Assembly: GCA_028286485.1 (NCBI GenBank)
Contig: JAQBRM010000027.1
Span: 10,632-74,631 of the forward strand
Direction: 5' to 3'
Length of the DNA stretch: 64,000 nucleotides
From: Candidatus Nomurabacteria bacterium
Lineage (GTDB): Bacteria > Patescibacteriota > Minisyncoccia > Phycocordibacterales > UBA9973
Of this stretch, positions 30,480 to 40,638 are shown piece after piece (position 1 is the stretch's first letter; every line of letters starts with the position of its first letter). Below the pieces are notes generated by a model. That model did no database searches. It worked only from the letters and a program-made list of their open reading frames with translations, and was not told the DNA's origin. The position numbers were made by a program, and so were the translations under genes.

Positions 30480-30512
30480 TAAATATACTATCAAAACGAA
30501 AGAAAAACGCAA

Positions 30513-31199
30513 CTAGATTTTTTTACTTTTTTGCTGTGTTTTACGCCATTCCTCGATTTTCTTGTGGTCACCGGAGATAAGGACAGGAGGAACTTTGTGT
30601 TTTTTGCCTTTTATAGTTTTCGTTGTTTTTGGAAATTCCAGAATTTCAGGACGGGTGAAGACGCGAGGGCTGGCAGTGCGGTTTTCTTCCACAGAGGCAT
30701 GATCACCCAGCACGCCGGGGATTTGGCGGCAGATAGCGTCGGTCATGATCAATGCGGGCAGTTCCCCACCAGTCAGGACGAAATCTCCTACGGAGATTTC
30801 GTCCGCTTTCAAAATCTTGCGCACCCGGTCATCCACTCCTTCATACCGTCCGCAAATAAAGACAATATCGCTGTACTGCTTGGCCATTTTTGCCGCCATG
30901 GCATTGGTAAACAGTTTGCCTGACGGTGACAGCATCACCACTTTTACTTCCGACTTAGAAGCTGAGCTTCTAAGTTTCAGTTTGGAGTAGGTGCGCAGGA
31001 TCGGCTCGGGTGTCATGACCATGCCTGGACCGCCGCCGTAGGGTCGTTCATCCACTTTTTTGTGCTTGTCCAAGCTGTAGTCGCGAATATTCTTCACATC
31101 AAAAGAAATAGCTCCTTTTAAACTGGCTCTTTTCAGTATTGCTTCTCCCAGATAACTTTCGATCATGTCGGGGAATATTGTCAGGAAATGGAATTTCAT
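30513..31199 (-). CDS. trmD: tRNA (guanine-N1)-methyltransferase
   Basis: PYGGGPGM, CGRYEGVD, SVGDFVLTGGE. Confidence 0.97.
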   Translation of the reverse strand: MKFHFLTIFPDMIESYLGEAILKRASLKGAISFDVKNIRDYSLDKHKKVDERPYGGGPGMVMTPEPILRTYSKLKLRSSASKSEVKVVMLSPSGKLFTNAMAAKMAKQYSDIVFICGRYEGVDDRVRKILKADEISVGDFVLTGGELPALIMTDAICRQIPGVLGDHASVEENRTASPRVFTRPEILEFPKTTKTIKGKKHKVPPVLISGDHKKIEEWRKTQQKSKKI

Positions 31200-31504
31200 T
31201 ACAGGTCTTTCAAGTCGGCCATGGCGTCATCAAGGTTGGCGACATCGGGCTGTTTTTCGTAGCCAGCCGGTTCATTGATTTTAAGGTTGACGCGGGCATT
31301 GTTTTTCATGCCGACAACGCGGAGGAGGGTGCGGATGGCTTTGGCGGTATTACCGGAGCGGCCGATAATTTTGCCCATATCGGCTTGGTTTATGGAAAGG
31401 GTAAGAAGCACGCCCATTTCATCGACCGTGCGGTCGATGCGAACGTCATTTGGGTTATCAACAAGGGCTTTTATGAGCATTTCGAGAAATTCTTTGTCAG
31501 ACAT
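31199..31504 (-). CDS. khpA: KH-domain RNA-binding protein
   Basis: DMGKIIGRSG, located between rpsP and trmD. Confidence 0.9.
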   Translation of the reverse strand: MSDKEFLEMLIKALVDNPNDVRIDRTVDEMGVLLTLSINQADMGKIIGRSGNTAKAIRTLLRVVGMKNNARVNLKINEPAGYEKQPDVANLDDAMADLKDL

Positions 31505-31584
31505 AGGTAGAGGCTTGTATTACTGCTAATCCGTCTCAGACGGCATATATATAGTATATGCGAAATAAAGAATTAGTAAATAAA

Positions 31585-31609
31585 CAAAAAACCTCTCGAG
31601 AGGTTTTTT
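31585..31609 (-). terminator. Terminator after rpsP
   Basis: AAAAAACCTCTCGAGAGGTTTTTT palindrome. Confidence 0.7.
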
Positions 31610-31623
31610 AAATTCAATAAGGT

Positions 31624-31929
31624 CTACTTCTTTTTCAGCTCTTTTCGTGCAACAGTCGGAGATTTACGGGAGAGGACGTTCTTGGCCCGTCCTTCAACCA
31701 ATCCTTCCTTTACCAGCATATTGTGCGCGGTATCGGAAACCTGTGCTCCATTGGAAATCCAGTGAGTAATGCGCTCGCGCTTCAGTACGACGGTATTGCT
31801 CTTCACGGTATAGGAACCGAGAATTTCCAAGAACTTGCCGCTTTGTGGGCCGTTTTTAGAGTCCGTCACTACGAGACGGAAGGCTGGTTCATTTTTGCGC
31901 CCGATGCGCTGTAATCGAATCTTTAACAT
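31624..31929 (-). CDS. rpsP: 30S ribosomal protein S16
   Basis: MLKIRLQRIGRK...LGSY...GAQVSDT. Confidence 0.96.
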   Translation of the reverse strand: MLKIRLQRIGRKNEPAFRLVVTDSKNGPQSGKFLEILGSYTVKSNTVVLKRERITHWISNGAQVSDTAHNMLVKEGLVEGRAKNVLSRKSPTVARKELKKK

Positions 31930-32015
31930 GTAGCGCTCATCGTAGCAGACAAAAGAAAAAGTGTCAAAACCTTGCGGTTTTGACACTTTAAATAAAACTA
32001 GCCTTTAGAGGACTT

Positions 32016-32357
32016 TTACTCCGATTCCACAACTAAATTTTCAGGCATGTAAATGCTGTTAATTTTTTCCGCATCCTCAGTATCAATTTGCATAAAGCCG
32101 TGCTCAATGAGCAGGTTACGGCATTTTTCAGCTCCATGTTTTTGAAGATACGCTTGATCAATTTCCCCCACTACCGGCTCATTCTCCATATTAAGGTATT
32201 TTTGTTTCTTGTTTTTACACACAAACAACATTCTTAATACAAAAAATGGTTTTTCAGCATCGGGTTTGTATTCAAGGAAATTACTCTTCGTAAACATCTC
32301 TTTTACAATGCAAAGGATGTACTGGACCTCTAAAGCAGGAATGTCTTTATTATTCAT
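32016..32357 (-). CDS. Hypothetical protein (AT-rich orphan)
   Basis: 113-aa ORF with TTGACA-16-TATAGT upstream and a hairpin at about 31958-31989 downstream. Confidence 0.6.
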   Translation of the reverse strand: MNNKDIPALEVQYILCIVKEMFTKSNFLEYKPDAEKPFFVLRMLFVCKNKKQKYLNMENEPVVGEIDQAYLQKHGAEKCRNLLIEHGFMQIDTEDAEKINSIYMPENLVVESE

Positions 32358-32448
32358 CTTTTTTAATTTTCAAAACTATACCAAAAACACGAATAATGTC
32401 AATGTATTCCTTCACGGTTCGGGCCAGTCATGCTACAGTGTCTACTAC

Positions 32449-34386
32449 ATGGATACCCCTATTCCCGAGCTGAACATCGGCTCGACATTCGAAGGACAAA
32501 TCAATATTTCCACCAAAGGCATTGGTTATGTGAAAGTGCGGGACCTCAATATTTCCATTGAAATCCCGCGCGAGGCTTTAAACAAAGCCTTTCATGGCGA
32601 TACCGTGACCGCCGAAGTCACTGCCCTGCCACCGGCTGAAAACCCCCAAGGCAAGGTGACCGACATCATCCGACGGGCCAAAGTCGGGTACAGCGGCACG
32701 CTCGGCTTCGAACATGGTGCGCATTGCATCATGACCAATGACGGTCGCATGTACACCTCCATCGTCATTCCCGATGACAAACTGAATGGTGCCGTACAAG
32801 GTGACAAAGTCTTCTGTCGCATCCACGAATGGAACGATCCGATGGCGGAACCAAAGGGAGAAATCGTCCGTGTGCTCGGCAAGCCGTTGGAGAACAATGC
32901 CGAAATGCTTTCTTTGGCATTGGAAAAAGGCTTCGATGACAGCTACCCGCCAGCCGTGATCAAGGAAGCGGAGGACATCAGCGCGCACGGCATTACTGAT
33001 GAAGAAAAAGCCAATCGTCGCGACTTCCGACCGATCGTCACCTTCACCATCGACCCTGAAGATGCCAAGGATTTCGATGATGCCATCTCTGTGAACTTTT
33101 TGGAAAACGGCAACACCGAAGTCGGCATTCACATCGCCGATGTATCGCACTATGTACAGCCCGGCATGGCCATTGATACTGAAGCGTCGACTCGTGCGAC
33201 CTCCGTCTATCTGGTGGACCGCACCATTCCCATGCTGCCGGAAGTACTATCCAACGATCTGTGTAGTTTGAACCCCAACGTCGATCGCCTGACATTCTCT
33301 GCCGTATTCACCTTCACTCCAAGCATGGAAATTATCGACGAATGGTACGGCAAAACCGTTATCTATTCCCATCAGCGTTTCAGCTATGAAAGCGCGCAGG
33401 CCGTACTCGATACCAAACCCGGACCATATCTGAAAGAGCTGGAAGCGGCACTGGCTATTTCAAAAGTCTTGGAGAAAAAACGCTTTGAGGAAGGAGCTAT
33501 TTCCTTGGAAACGGAAGAAGTGAAATTCAAGCTTGATGACAAGGGCGTACCGATCAGTGTCTACAAGAAGCTGCGCGGACCGACGCATCACATGATTGAG
33601 GAGTTGATGCTTCTCGCCAATAGAAAAGTAGCTGAACATATTGCCACTAGCGACAAACACGCCGAGGAAGTCTTCGTCTTCCGCGTCCATGATCATCCTG
33701 ATCCGGAACGGGTGGAAAATCTGCAACTCTTTTTGAAACGCATTGGGCATGTGGTGACCGTGAATGAACACGGCGTCATTCCTTCCAAGGAACTGAATGA
33801 CTTGGTACTGTCGCTCGAAGGCAAGCCGGAAAGCGAAACCGTTCAGACGGCCATTGTACGCTCCATGGCCAAAGCCATTTATTCCACGAAAAATATCGGG
33901 CACTACGGTTTGGCATTTAAATATTACACGCACTTCACTTCCCCTATCCGTCGCTACCCTGACCTCGTCGTGCATCGCCTGCTGTTTGAATACTTGCAGC
34001 ACAAGACCATTCCCAAGGAAATGTGGCATTACTACGATGAGATTTCCGCCCATTCATCACAGCGCGAGAAAGAAGCGGCTGATGCAGAGCGCGCAAGTAT
34101 CAAATACAAACAGGTGGAGTACATGAGCACCCGTATCGGCCAGACATTTGATGGCATCGTGACCGGTATTTCCCGAAACGGCATGTTCGTTGAGGACAAA
34201 GAGACTCGTTGTGAAGGCATGGTACGCATGCGCGATATCGGCCATGACTACTATGAGTACAATGAGAAAACATTGACTATTGTCGGCAAAAGTACTAAAA
34301 AGGAGTTTCGTATTGGTGATCGCGTGCGCATGAAAGTAACTGCCACCGACATCAACAAGCGATTGATTGACTACGTATTGGTATGA
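32449..34386 (+). CDS. rnr: Ribonuclease R
   Basis: TIDPEDAKDFDDA, HFTSPIRRYPDL and C-terminal S1 domain. Confidence 0.95.
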   Translation: MDTPIPELNIGSTFEGQINISTKGIGYVKVRDLNISIEIPREALNKAFHGDTVTAEVTALPPAENPQGKVTDIIRRAKVGYSGTLGFEHGAHCIMTNDGRMYTSIVIPDDKLNGAVQGDKVFCRIHEWNDPMAEPKGEIVRVLGKPLENNAEMLSLALEKGFDDSYPPAVIKEAEDISAHGITDEEKANRRDFRPIVTFTIDPEDAKDFDDAISVNFLENGNTEVGIHIADVSHYVQPGMAIDTEASTRATSVYLVDRTIPMLPEVLSNDLCSLNPNVDRLTFSAVFTFTPSMEIIDEWYGKTVIYSHQRFSYESAQAVLDTKPGPYLKELEAALAISKVLEKKRFEEGAISLETEEVKFKLDDKGVPISVYKKLRGPTHHMIEELMLLANRKVAEHIATSDKHAEEVFVFRVHDHPDPERVENLQLFLKRIGHVVTVNEHGVIPSKELNDLVLSLEGKPESETVQTAIVRSMAKAIYSTKNIGHYGLAFKYYTHFTSPIRRYPDLVVHRLLFEYLQHKTIPKEMWHYYDEISAHSSQREKEAADAERASIKYKQVEYMSTRIGQTFDGIVTGISRNGMFVEDKETRCEGMVRMRDIGHDYYEYNEKTLTIVGKSTKKEFRIGDRVRMKVTATDINKRLIDYVLV

Positions 34387-35360
34387 TGAAAAAAATACTC
34401 TTAATAGTACTGTGTGTGATTGCGGCACTGATGGTGTGGCATTTTTCCCTGCTGTCTATTAACGACGCGGGCATTACAGCGGAGTCGCCTGCTACCCCGC
34501 CAGTCAAAACATTGACCGTCGGTTGGACCGGCAACATGGTGCCTTCAAGTGACATTGGCTATAACCTTACTGCCCTGAACAATGTCAGTCCGACACTTGA
34601 ACAACCTGATCTGATGATCGGAAATTTGGACGGCACATTGGGTCACAGCACTCGCCCCTTTCAAGGTGATCCATCATTTGCGGATACATTGAAAGCCGCC
34701 GGATTTGATTTCATTACACTCGTCAACAATCATTCGCTGGATTACGGTCCAACAGGATTGAAAAATACCGAAGCGGAACTTGATCGGATCGGTTTGCCCT
34801 ACATTGCTCCTGATAAACCCACAGCCAGTATCACTATCAATGGGATAAGGATCGGTATCATGGGTCTATCAAGCAATGCACCGGATCACACTATTAGCGA
34901 CTATCACTATATTGCGACGACTGTTGCACAATTAAAAAAAGAAAATGATATTGTTATTGTAGTATTCCAAGGTGCTGAAAACAGTACCACAGCGGTGCCC
35001 AATACGATCGAATATCAAAATGGTGATAACCGCGGCAATGTACAAGGAGTGGCCTATACTGCCATCAATGCCGGCGCTGACTTGGTCTTGGGTGACGGTC
35101 CGAAAGTATTACGCAAAGTGGAGTGGTATAACAGCAAGCCTATTGCATACTCGCTTGGCAACTTCGTCAGCGGCCCAGGCCACCTCGTTACGACCGGCAA
35201 CTTAGGTCTCGGCGGCATCTTCACCGCAACATTTGAAAACAATATTCCGCAATCCACCGGCTTCACTTCCATTACACTCGCCAAAGATGGCACACCTTCA
35301 CTAGACACTACCGACAAAGCAAAACAATTATTGGATTCCCTTTCAGGAACGAAAAAATAA
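34383..35360 (+). CDS. CapA/PGA_cap family protein with degenerate metal ligands
   Basis: NNHSLDYG, AGADLVLG and YSLGNFV motifs; N-terminal TM. Confidence 0.8.
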   Translation: MMKKILLIVLCVIAALMVWHFSLLSINDAGITAESPATPPVKTLTVGWTGNMVPSSDIGYNLTALNNVSPTLEQPDLMIGNLDGTLGHSTRPFQGDPSFADTLKAAGFDFITLVNNHSLDYGPTGLKNTEAELDRIGLPYIAPDKPTASITINGIRIGIMGLSSNAPDHTISDYHYIATTVAQLKKENDIVIVVFQGAENSTTAVPNTIEYQNGDNRGNVQGVAYTAINAGADLVLGDGPKVLRKVEWYNSKPIAYSLGNFVSGPGHLVTTGNLGLGGIFTATFENNIPQSTGFTSITLAKDGTPSLDTTDKAKQLLDSLSGTKK

Positions 35361-35366
35361 TTTTGC

Positions 35367-35509
35367 AAAAAAAATAAGCCAATCGATATTCATCAATTGG
35401 CTCTATATGTGTGTGGTTTGTCCCGTAGGACTAGTTGATTTCGCGGGTTGGTTGGAACAATTTCCAGCCAACCCCAAGCGGTTTAAAGAATGATTAAACT
35501 AATCAATCT
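35367..35509 (-). ncRNA. Candidate ~140-nt structured sRNA
   Basis: TTGACA-17-TATGAT (35544-35516); long stem GGGTTGG-C-TGGAA/TTCCA-A-CCAACCC; GTCC-TACG-GGAC; terminator AGCCAAT/ATTGGCT followed by a T-run. Confidence 0.6.
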
Positions 35510-35549
35510 GTTCATATCATAACACCTATCACTCTTTTTGTCAACTATC

Positions 35550-35584
35550 AAAAAACCCGGATTGATTCATCAATCCGGGTTTTT
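35550..35584 (-). terminator. Intrinsic terminator
   Basis: AAAAACCCGGATTGAT-TC-ATCAATCCGGGTTTTT. Confidence 0.85.
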
Positions 35585-35595
35585 ACTGCGCGTTG

Positions 35596-35703
35596 TCATC
35601 CTCCATAGGAGGGGCCTTGAGGTGTACCTTTTAGGTATTTATACAGAATTACCAAGCAAAAGGAAATTAGTACAGCCAGACAGCTAATCAATATTATTTT
35701 CAT
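35596..35703 (-). CDS. 35-aa single-TM peptide (not in the ORF track)
   Basis: MKIILISCLAVLISFCLVILYKYLKGTPQGPSYGG*, between a promoter-like sequence and a terminator. Confidence 0.55.
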   Translation of the reverse strand: MKIILISCLAVLISFCLVILYKYLKGTPQGPSYGG

Positions 35704-35807
35704 AAAACTAGGGTTTGTATATATGATGCCATACTGACAGTATTAGTCAATGAATGCGCGTGATTGCGGAAAATAGCTTTTTCTGCTATAGTAGACACGT
35801 TTCACCT

Positions 35808-36029
35808 ATGGCAGCAACGCTACACAGTCTTCAATTAGTCTCCGCAATCGTCCTGATCGTCCTTGTCTTGCTTCAACGCACAAGCGGCGATACGGCAAGT
35901 AATTTCGGTGACACCATGTCATTCTTTCAAACCCGACGAGGCGTCGAGCGCTTTTTGTTTGTTCTGACGATTATTGTGGCAATCGCATTTGCTGTGCTCT
36001 CTATCTGGGTTATTGCGGTAACGAAGTAG
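35808..36029 (+). CDS. secG: Preprotein translocase subunit SecG
   Basis: LVLLQ...FG...TRRGVERFL, two TMs. Confidence 0.88.
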   Translation: MAATLHSLQLVSAIVLIVLVLLQRTSGDTASNFGDTMSFFQTRRGVERFLFVLTIIVAIAFAVLSIWVIAVTK

Positions 36030-36056
36030 TCCATATATACGGGTGAGGCTCATATT

Positions 36057-37517
36057 ATGGAGTCTTTCTTCTCTTTTCTCACCACAAAAAAATTTCCTTC
36101 TCTCAAAACAGTTCGTTCATTGTTGGGCGGACCAGTCACCCCTTTTGTAGCGATTGTCTACGGAATCTTTTTTGCCTTGTGTGCAACCGTCTTCGCATTG
36201 CTTATTACGCTCAATAATAAAATTTTAGTAACGGTGCCCGCTCGCGGCGGCAGCCTGACCGAGGGTGTCATCGGCGCTCCCCATTTTATCAATCCGATAT
36301 TGGCAACTACACCGACCGATCAAGGATTAGTGGCGCTCATCTATGGCAGCCTCATGAAAACGGATGAGAATGGCAATGTGAGCAATTCATTGGTCAAAGA
36401 CTATGCTGTTTCGCCGGATGGAAGAACGTATACAATCACCCTTCTTCCTAGCCTGATGTTTGATGATGGCAAACCACTGACCAGTGATGATGTGGCATTT
36501 ACCGTCACGAAATTACAGGACAATACTATCAGCACTGCCAGCGGCTATTGGCAAACCATTGCGGTGGAAACCCCCGACGCCAACACTGTTGTTTTTACCC
36601 TGCCTGCTGCCGATACTTCTTTCCTGTCCCATCTTACCTTCGGCATCTTGCCAAAACATATTTGGGGTACGGTGACTGACGAATCATTCCCTACTGCCGT
36701 ACAAAACCTTCAACCCGTCGGCGCTGGTGTAATGAAAGTATCGACAGTGCAATATCAAAATGACATTCCCGCTGCGGTAGTATTGGTACGCAACAAATAT
36801 TTTCCTCTCGGCAAAACATTACTGGATGGCCTGACCATTAAAAGTTTTGCCAATCAAATCGCATTACTCGATGCAGTGAATAACGGCGATGTGAATTTTT
36901 CATACGACCTGACACCGAGTACGGTCGCTGCTCAACCGTTGGCATCGGGCCTTACTGCCAGCATGGTGATGACTCCTCAAATGATTGCCATATATCGTTC
37001 CTCTGCGGATACGGCCCTATCAAGCCTGACGACCGTTGCAACAATCAACCGTTTTATTGACAAAAATGCTATAATTGCTACAGTACAAAACGGTTACGGC
37101 ATTCCGGCAGGAATACCATCGGATAGTCTTGCTCCCTCAACAGGAGCTCCCAAGGGATTTTCATTAGCGGTGGAAAATAATCCCGATATGCTACGCGCAG
37201 CGCAAACACTGGCGACACAACTGGCAGAGCACGGTGTCACGATTGCAGTGCATGCATTCGATCCCGGAACATTTCAAAAAAACATTACCGCGGGAAATTT
37301 TCCCCTGTTCCTTGCCCGCAGTAATGACGAAATCATTCCTCAGCAATATACGCCCGTCATTACACTCTATGATGAATGCATCCCGTACGTTTTTGATACC
37401 CGTACTCACCTTATTCCCCCCAGCACCTTCCAGTCTCCCGCCATTGAATACGAAGATGTACAGCATTGGTACACCAATACCGACAAGCTCTGGAAATGGT
37501 TTATAAAACAACAATAA
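36057..37517 (+). CDS. ABC transporter substrate-binding protein, family 5
   Basis: INPIL, FDDGKPLTSDDVAFT, ILPKHIW, PVGAG. Confidence 0.85.
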   Translation: MESFFSFLTTKKFPSLKTVRSLLGGPVTPFVAIVYGIFFALCATVFALLITLNNKILVTVPARGGSLTEGVIGAPHFINPILATTPTDQGLVALIYGSLMKTDENGNVSNSLVKDYAVSPDGRTYTITLLPSLMFDDGKPLTSDDVAFTVTKLQDNTISTASGYWQTIAVETPDANTVVFTLPAADTSFLSHLTFGILPKHIWGTVTDESFPTAVQNLQPVGAGVMKVSTVQYQNDIPAAVVLVRNKYFPLGKTLLDGLTIKSFANQIALLDAVNNGDVNFSYDLTPSTVAAQPLASGLTASMVMTPQMIAIYRSSADTALSSLTTVATINRFIDKNAIIATVQNGYGIPAGIPSDSLAPSTGAPKGFSLAVENNPDMLRAAQTLATQLAEHGVTIAVHAFDPGTFQKNITAGNFPLFLARSNDEIIPQQYTPVITLYDECIPYVFDTRTHLIPPSTFQSPAIEYEDVQHWYTNTDKLWKWFIKQQ

Positions 37518-37539
37518 AAATAATATTTAACTAACACAT

Positions 37540-39450
37540 ATGGAACAAACAAATTCACAAGAAAAAAGACAATTTAACAGACCGCGTCCGACTACCCCAT
37601 CAGGACAAGCCGGCGCTGCTACGACAGCGAAACCGAAGCGTTCCTTCGGTGGCAATCGCCGTCCGCATGATCGTCAGCGCCGTCCGGCGTGGCCCAAGGC
37701 TGATGCCAATGGCACCAGTACGACAGAAGTAGCGGAGCGAAAGACCGCCCATATTCCCAATCCGGAAGCGGGTATTATTCGCGTCATTCCGTTGGGTGGC
37801 GTGGAAGAAATCGGCAAGAACATGACCGCTATCGAAATCGGTGATGACATCATTGTCATCGATGCCGGCATGTCGTTTGCCAATGAGACGACGCCGGGTA
37901 TCGACTATGTCATCCCCAACACGCGTTATCTCGAGGAACGCAAGGACAAGATCCGCGCCATGATCATCACGCACGGTCACTTGGACCACATCGGCGGAGT
38001 ACCGTTGGTGCTTTCACGTATCGGCAACCCGCCGGTCTATTCCCGCAACCTGACAGTGCTGATGCTGAAAAAACGTCACAGTGAATTTCCTCACCTGCCA
38101 CCGATGAACACGATCATTGTTGAAAATAACGAGACCATTACCATGGGCGCTCTGCGTGTAAAATTCTGGGGTGTCACGCACACTATCCCCGACTCAATGG
38201 GTATTATCATTGAAACTCCTCACGGCAATATCGTGAACCCTGGCGACTACAAGCTGGATCAGGTTGACGGCGTGGTCAGCCAAGAAGAAGAAGATGCGTA
38301 CAAGATTTTCGATACCATGAAAACATTGTTACTCTTCACCGACTCCACCAACATTGAGAACGAGGGGTTTTCTCTGTCCGAATCAAAAGTACATATCGGT
38401 CTGGAAAACATCCTGCGACGTGAAAGCGGTCATCGTATCATCGTTGCCGCCTTCTCCTCCACCATTACCCGTCTGATCAAGATCATTGAGATCGCCGAAA
38501 TGCTCGGCAAGCACATCTTCATCAACGGCCGCTCCATGAGAAATAATATTGATATTGCCATGGAGGCAGGATTGCTGAAACCGCAGAAAGATACCATCCA
38601 ACCGATGGATAATATCGACAAGTACCCCCCGCACAAAGTCATCGTTCTCACGACAGGAGGACAGGGCGAGGAATTTTCAGGGTTGATGCGTGCTGCCAAC
38701 AAGACCGACAAGAAATTCGCGCTTAAAAAGGGCGATACGGTTATTCTTTCTTCCTCAATCGTGCCGGGCAATGAACGCCAAGTGGAGAAAATGAAAGACG
38801 GGCTTTCCCGCCAAGGCACCCGTGTCATCACCTACCGCACGCCGGGTGAAGAGTACGTGCACGCCACCGGTCACGGCAACAAGGAAGACATCAAGTGGCT
38901 GCACCGAAAAATTCGTGAGAAGTTCTTCATTCCTATTCACGGCAACCACTATCGCCTGCAACAGCACAAGGATCTTGCCATGGAGCTTGGCGTACCTGAA
39001 TCAAATATCATCGTTCCTGACAACGGTTCCATCATCGAAATTTCCGCCGATGGTGAAAAGATCACCATGCGCAGGGAAAAAGCTCCGGCTACACCAATGA
39101 TGGTGGACGGGTTCTCAGTCGGTGACGAGCAGAGCGTGGTCATTCGTGATCGCCAGATGCTGGCCGAGGATGGTATGTTCGTGGTGGTGGCATTGCTCGA
39201 TAGCAAGACCGGATTATTGAAAAAATCTCCGGATATCATTTCGCGCGGCTTCGTCTACTTGAAAGAAAATCAGGACTTGCTGCGTCATGCGCGCGTACTG
39301 ATCAAGCGTACGATCGAACAGGAAACCAAGGGTCAAAATCCCGTGAACTTTGATCAGGTTAAAAATACCGTGGCGGATATCGTATCGAAATACCTCTACC
39401 AGCACACCGCCAAGCGGCCATTGGTCATTCCTGTCATTCTCTCAATGTAG
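37540..39450 (+). CDS. rnj: Ribonuclease J
   Basis: PLGGVEEIGKN, THGHLDHIGG, HATGH, IPIHG. Confidence 0.96.
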   Translation: MEQTNSQEKRQFNRPRPTTPSGQAGAATTAKPKRSFGGNRRPHDRQRRPAWPKADANGTSTTEVAERKTAHIPNPEAGIIRVIPLGGVEEIGKNMTAIEIGDDIIVIDAGMSFANETTPGIDYVIPNTRYLEERKDKIRAMIITHGHLDHIGGVPLVLSRIGNPPVYSRNLTVLMLKKRHSEFPHLPPMNTIIVENNETITMGALRVKFWGVTHTIPDSMGIIIETPHGNIVNPGDYKLDQVDGVVSQEEEDAYKIFDTMKTLLLFTDSTNIENEGFSLSESKVHIGLENILRRESGHRIIVAAFSSTITRLIKIIEIAEMLGKHIFINGRSMRNNIDIAMEAGLLKPQKDTIQPMDNIDKYPPHKVIVLTTGGQGEEFSGLMRAANKTDKKFALKKGDTVILSSSIVPGNERQVEKMKDGLSRQGTRVITYRTPGEEYVHATGHGNKEDIKWLHRKIREKFFIPIHGNHYRLQQHKDLAMELGVPESNIIVPDNGSIIEISADGEKITMRREKAPATPMMVDGFSVGDEQSVVIRDRQMLAEDGMFVVVALLDSKTGLLKKSPDIISRGFVYLKENQDLLRHARVLIKRTIEQETKGQNPVNFDQVKNTVADIVSKYLYQHTAKRPLVIPVILSM

Positions 39451-39463
39451 TATCATGTAATGC

Positions 39464-40606
39464 ATGAGCGCATTACGCCCGATCTTCTTCACCTCATTTC
39501 TCTTCTTCGCACACCTGTCGATCGTGATGTATATCAACACGACCGTCTTGAGCGCGTTTATTGATGCCAAATACACCAGTATCGTGTTTGTACTGGGGGC
39601 AGCCGGATCAATCCTGCTGCTCTTCGTCTTGCCTCATATTGTACAGGGAATAGGATTGGTAAAAACAGCGGCCTCCATCTTCATACTCTTGGCTATTACA
39701 TTAGCCATCTTGGGTACTACGGTTATAGCTGCAACATTTATCGGGGTATTCATCTTATACCTCGCGCTCACCGGTACTGTCTGGTATTGCAATGACTTGT
39801 TCGTGGCGCACTATTCTCAGGCCGCTACGGTGGGTCATACGCGTGGCAGCTACCTCACCATCAATAATGGCGCCATTGCACTGATGCCGGTCATCGCCGG
39901 ATGGGTGGTGGAACGCAGCGGCTTCCATAGCGTGTACATCGTAGCCGCTTCCTTATTGTCGATAGCAGCCGCCTGCATTCTCTACAGTCAACGATCCTTC
40001 GTGGATCGCCCCTATGTTTCCGCGACTATTCCCGCGGCATGGAACGCTATGCGCCATAGCCCGTCATTGCGACGGGTGGCGGCTATCAATTTTCTTTTGC
40101 AATTTTTTTACGTCTGGATGACGCTCTTTACTCCCTTGTATTTATCAATGGTGCTGCATTTCAGTTGGGGGCAAATCGGCCTGATGTTTTCCATCATGCT
40201 CGTAGCATTCGTGCTGTTGCAATACCCTGTCGGCCGATGGGCTGACACCATCGGCGAAAAGAAATTACTCTTTGTCGGATTCACTATTGCGATGATCAGC
40301 ACGCTCGCATTTGCATTACTGCACACGCATTCATTCATCATCTACACCGCGGTCTTGTTTACCACTCGTGTGGGTATTTGCATGGTGGAAGTCCTCGCCG
40401 AAACGTATTTTTTCAAACAAATTACTGATCGCGATGAAGGGATTGTAAGTGTCTATCGTATGATGAACCCGCTGGCCTATATCATCGGCCCCCTTACCGG
40501 CTGGTATATTATCACTACCACTTCTTATACCACGCTCTTTATAATTTTGGCCACACTGTTGTGTTTTGGCGCCATATATAGTCTTCGATTGGTGGATATT
40601 CGTTGA
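39464..40606 (+). CDS. MFS transporter
   Basis: About 12 TMs and GRWADTIGEK motif A. Confidence 0.85.
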   Translation: MSALRPIFFTSFLFFAHLSIVMYINTTVLSAFIDAKYTSIVFVLGAAGSILLLFVLPHIVQGIGLVKTAASIFILLAITLAILGTTVIAATFIGVFILYLALTGTVWYCNDLFVAHYSQAATVGHTRGSYLTINNGAIALMPVIAGWVVERSGFHSVYIVAASLLSIAAACILYSQRSFVDRPYVSATIPAAWNAMRHSPSLRRVAAINFLLQFFYVWMTLFTPLYLSMVLHFSWGQIGLMFSIMLVAFVLLQYPVGRWADTIGEKKLLFVGFTIAMISTLAFALLHTHSFIIYTAVLFTTRVGICMVEVLAETYFFKQITDRDEGIVSVYRMMNPLAYIIGPLTGWYIITTTSYTTLFIILATLLCFGAIYSLRLVDIR

Positions 40607-40638
40607 CAACATAATTATGGATATGATACGATCAACTC

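Noticed and set aside
35483-35515. 10-codon ORF MNRLISLIIL
   Set aside because: Its ATG directly abuts the -10 box and so lies upstream of the predicted transcription start.
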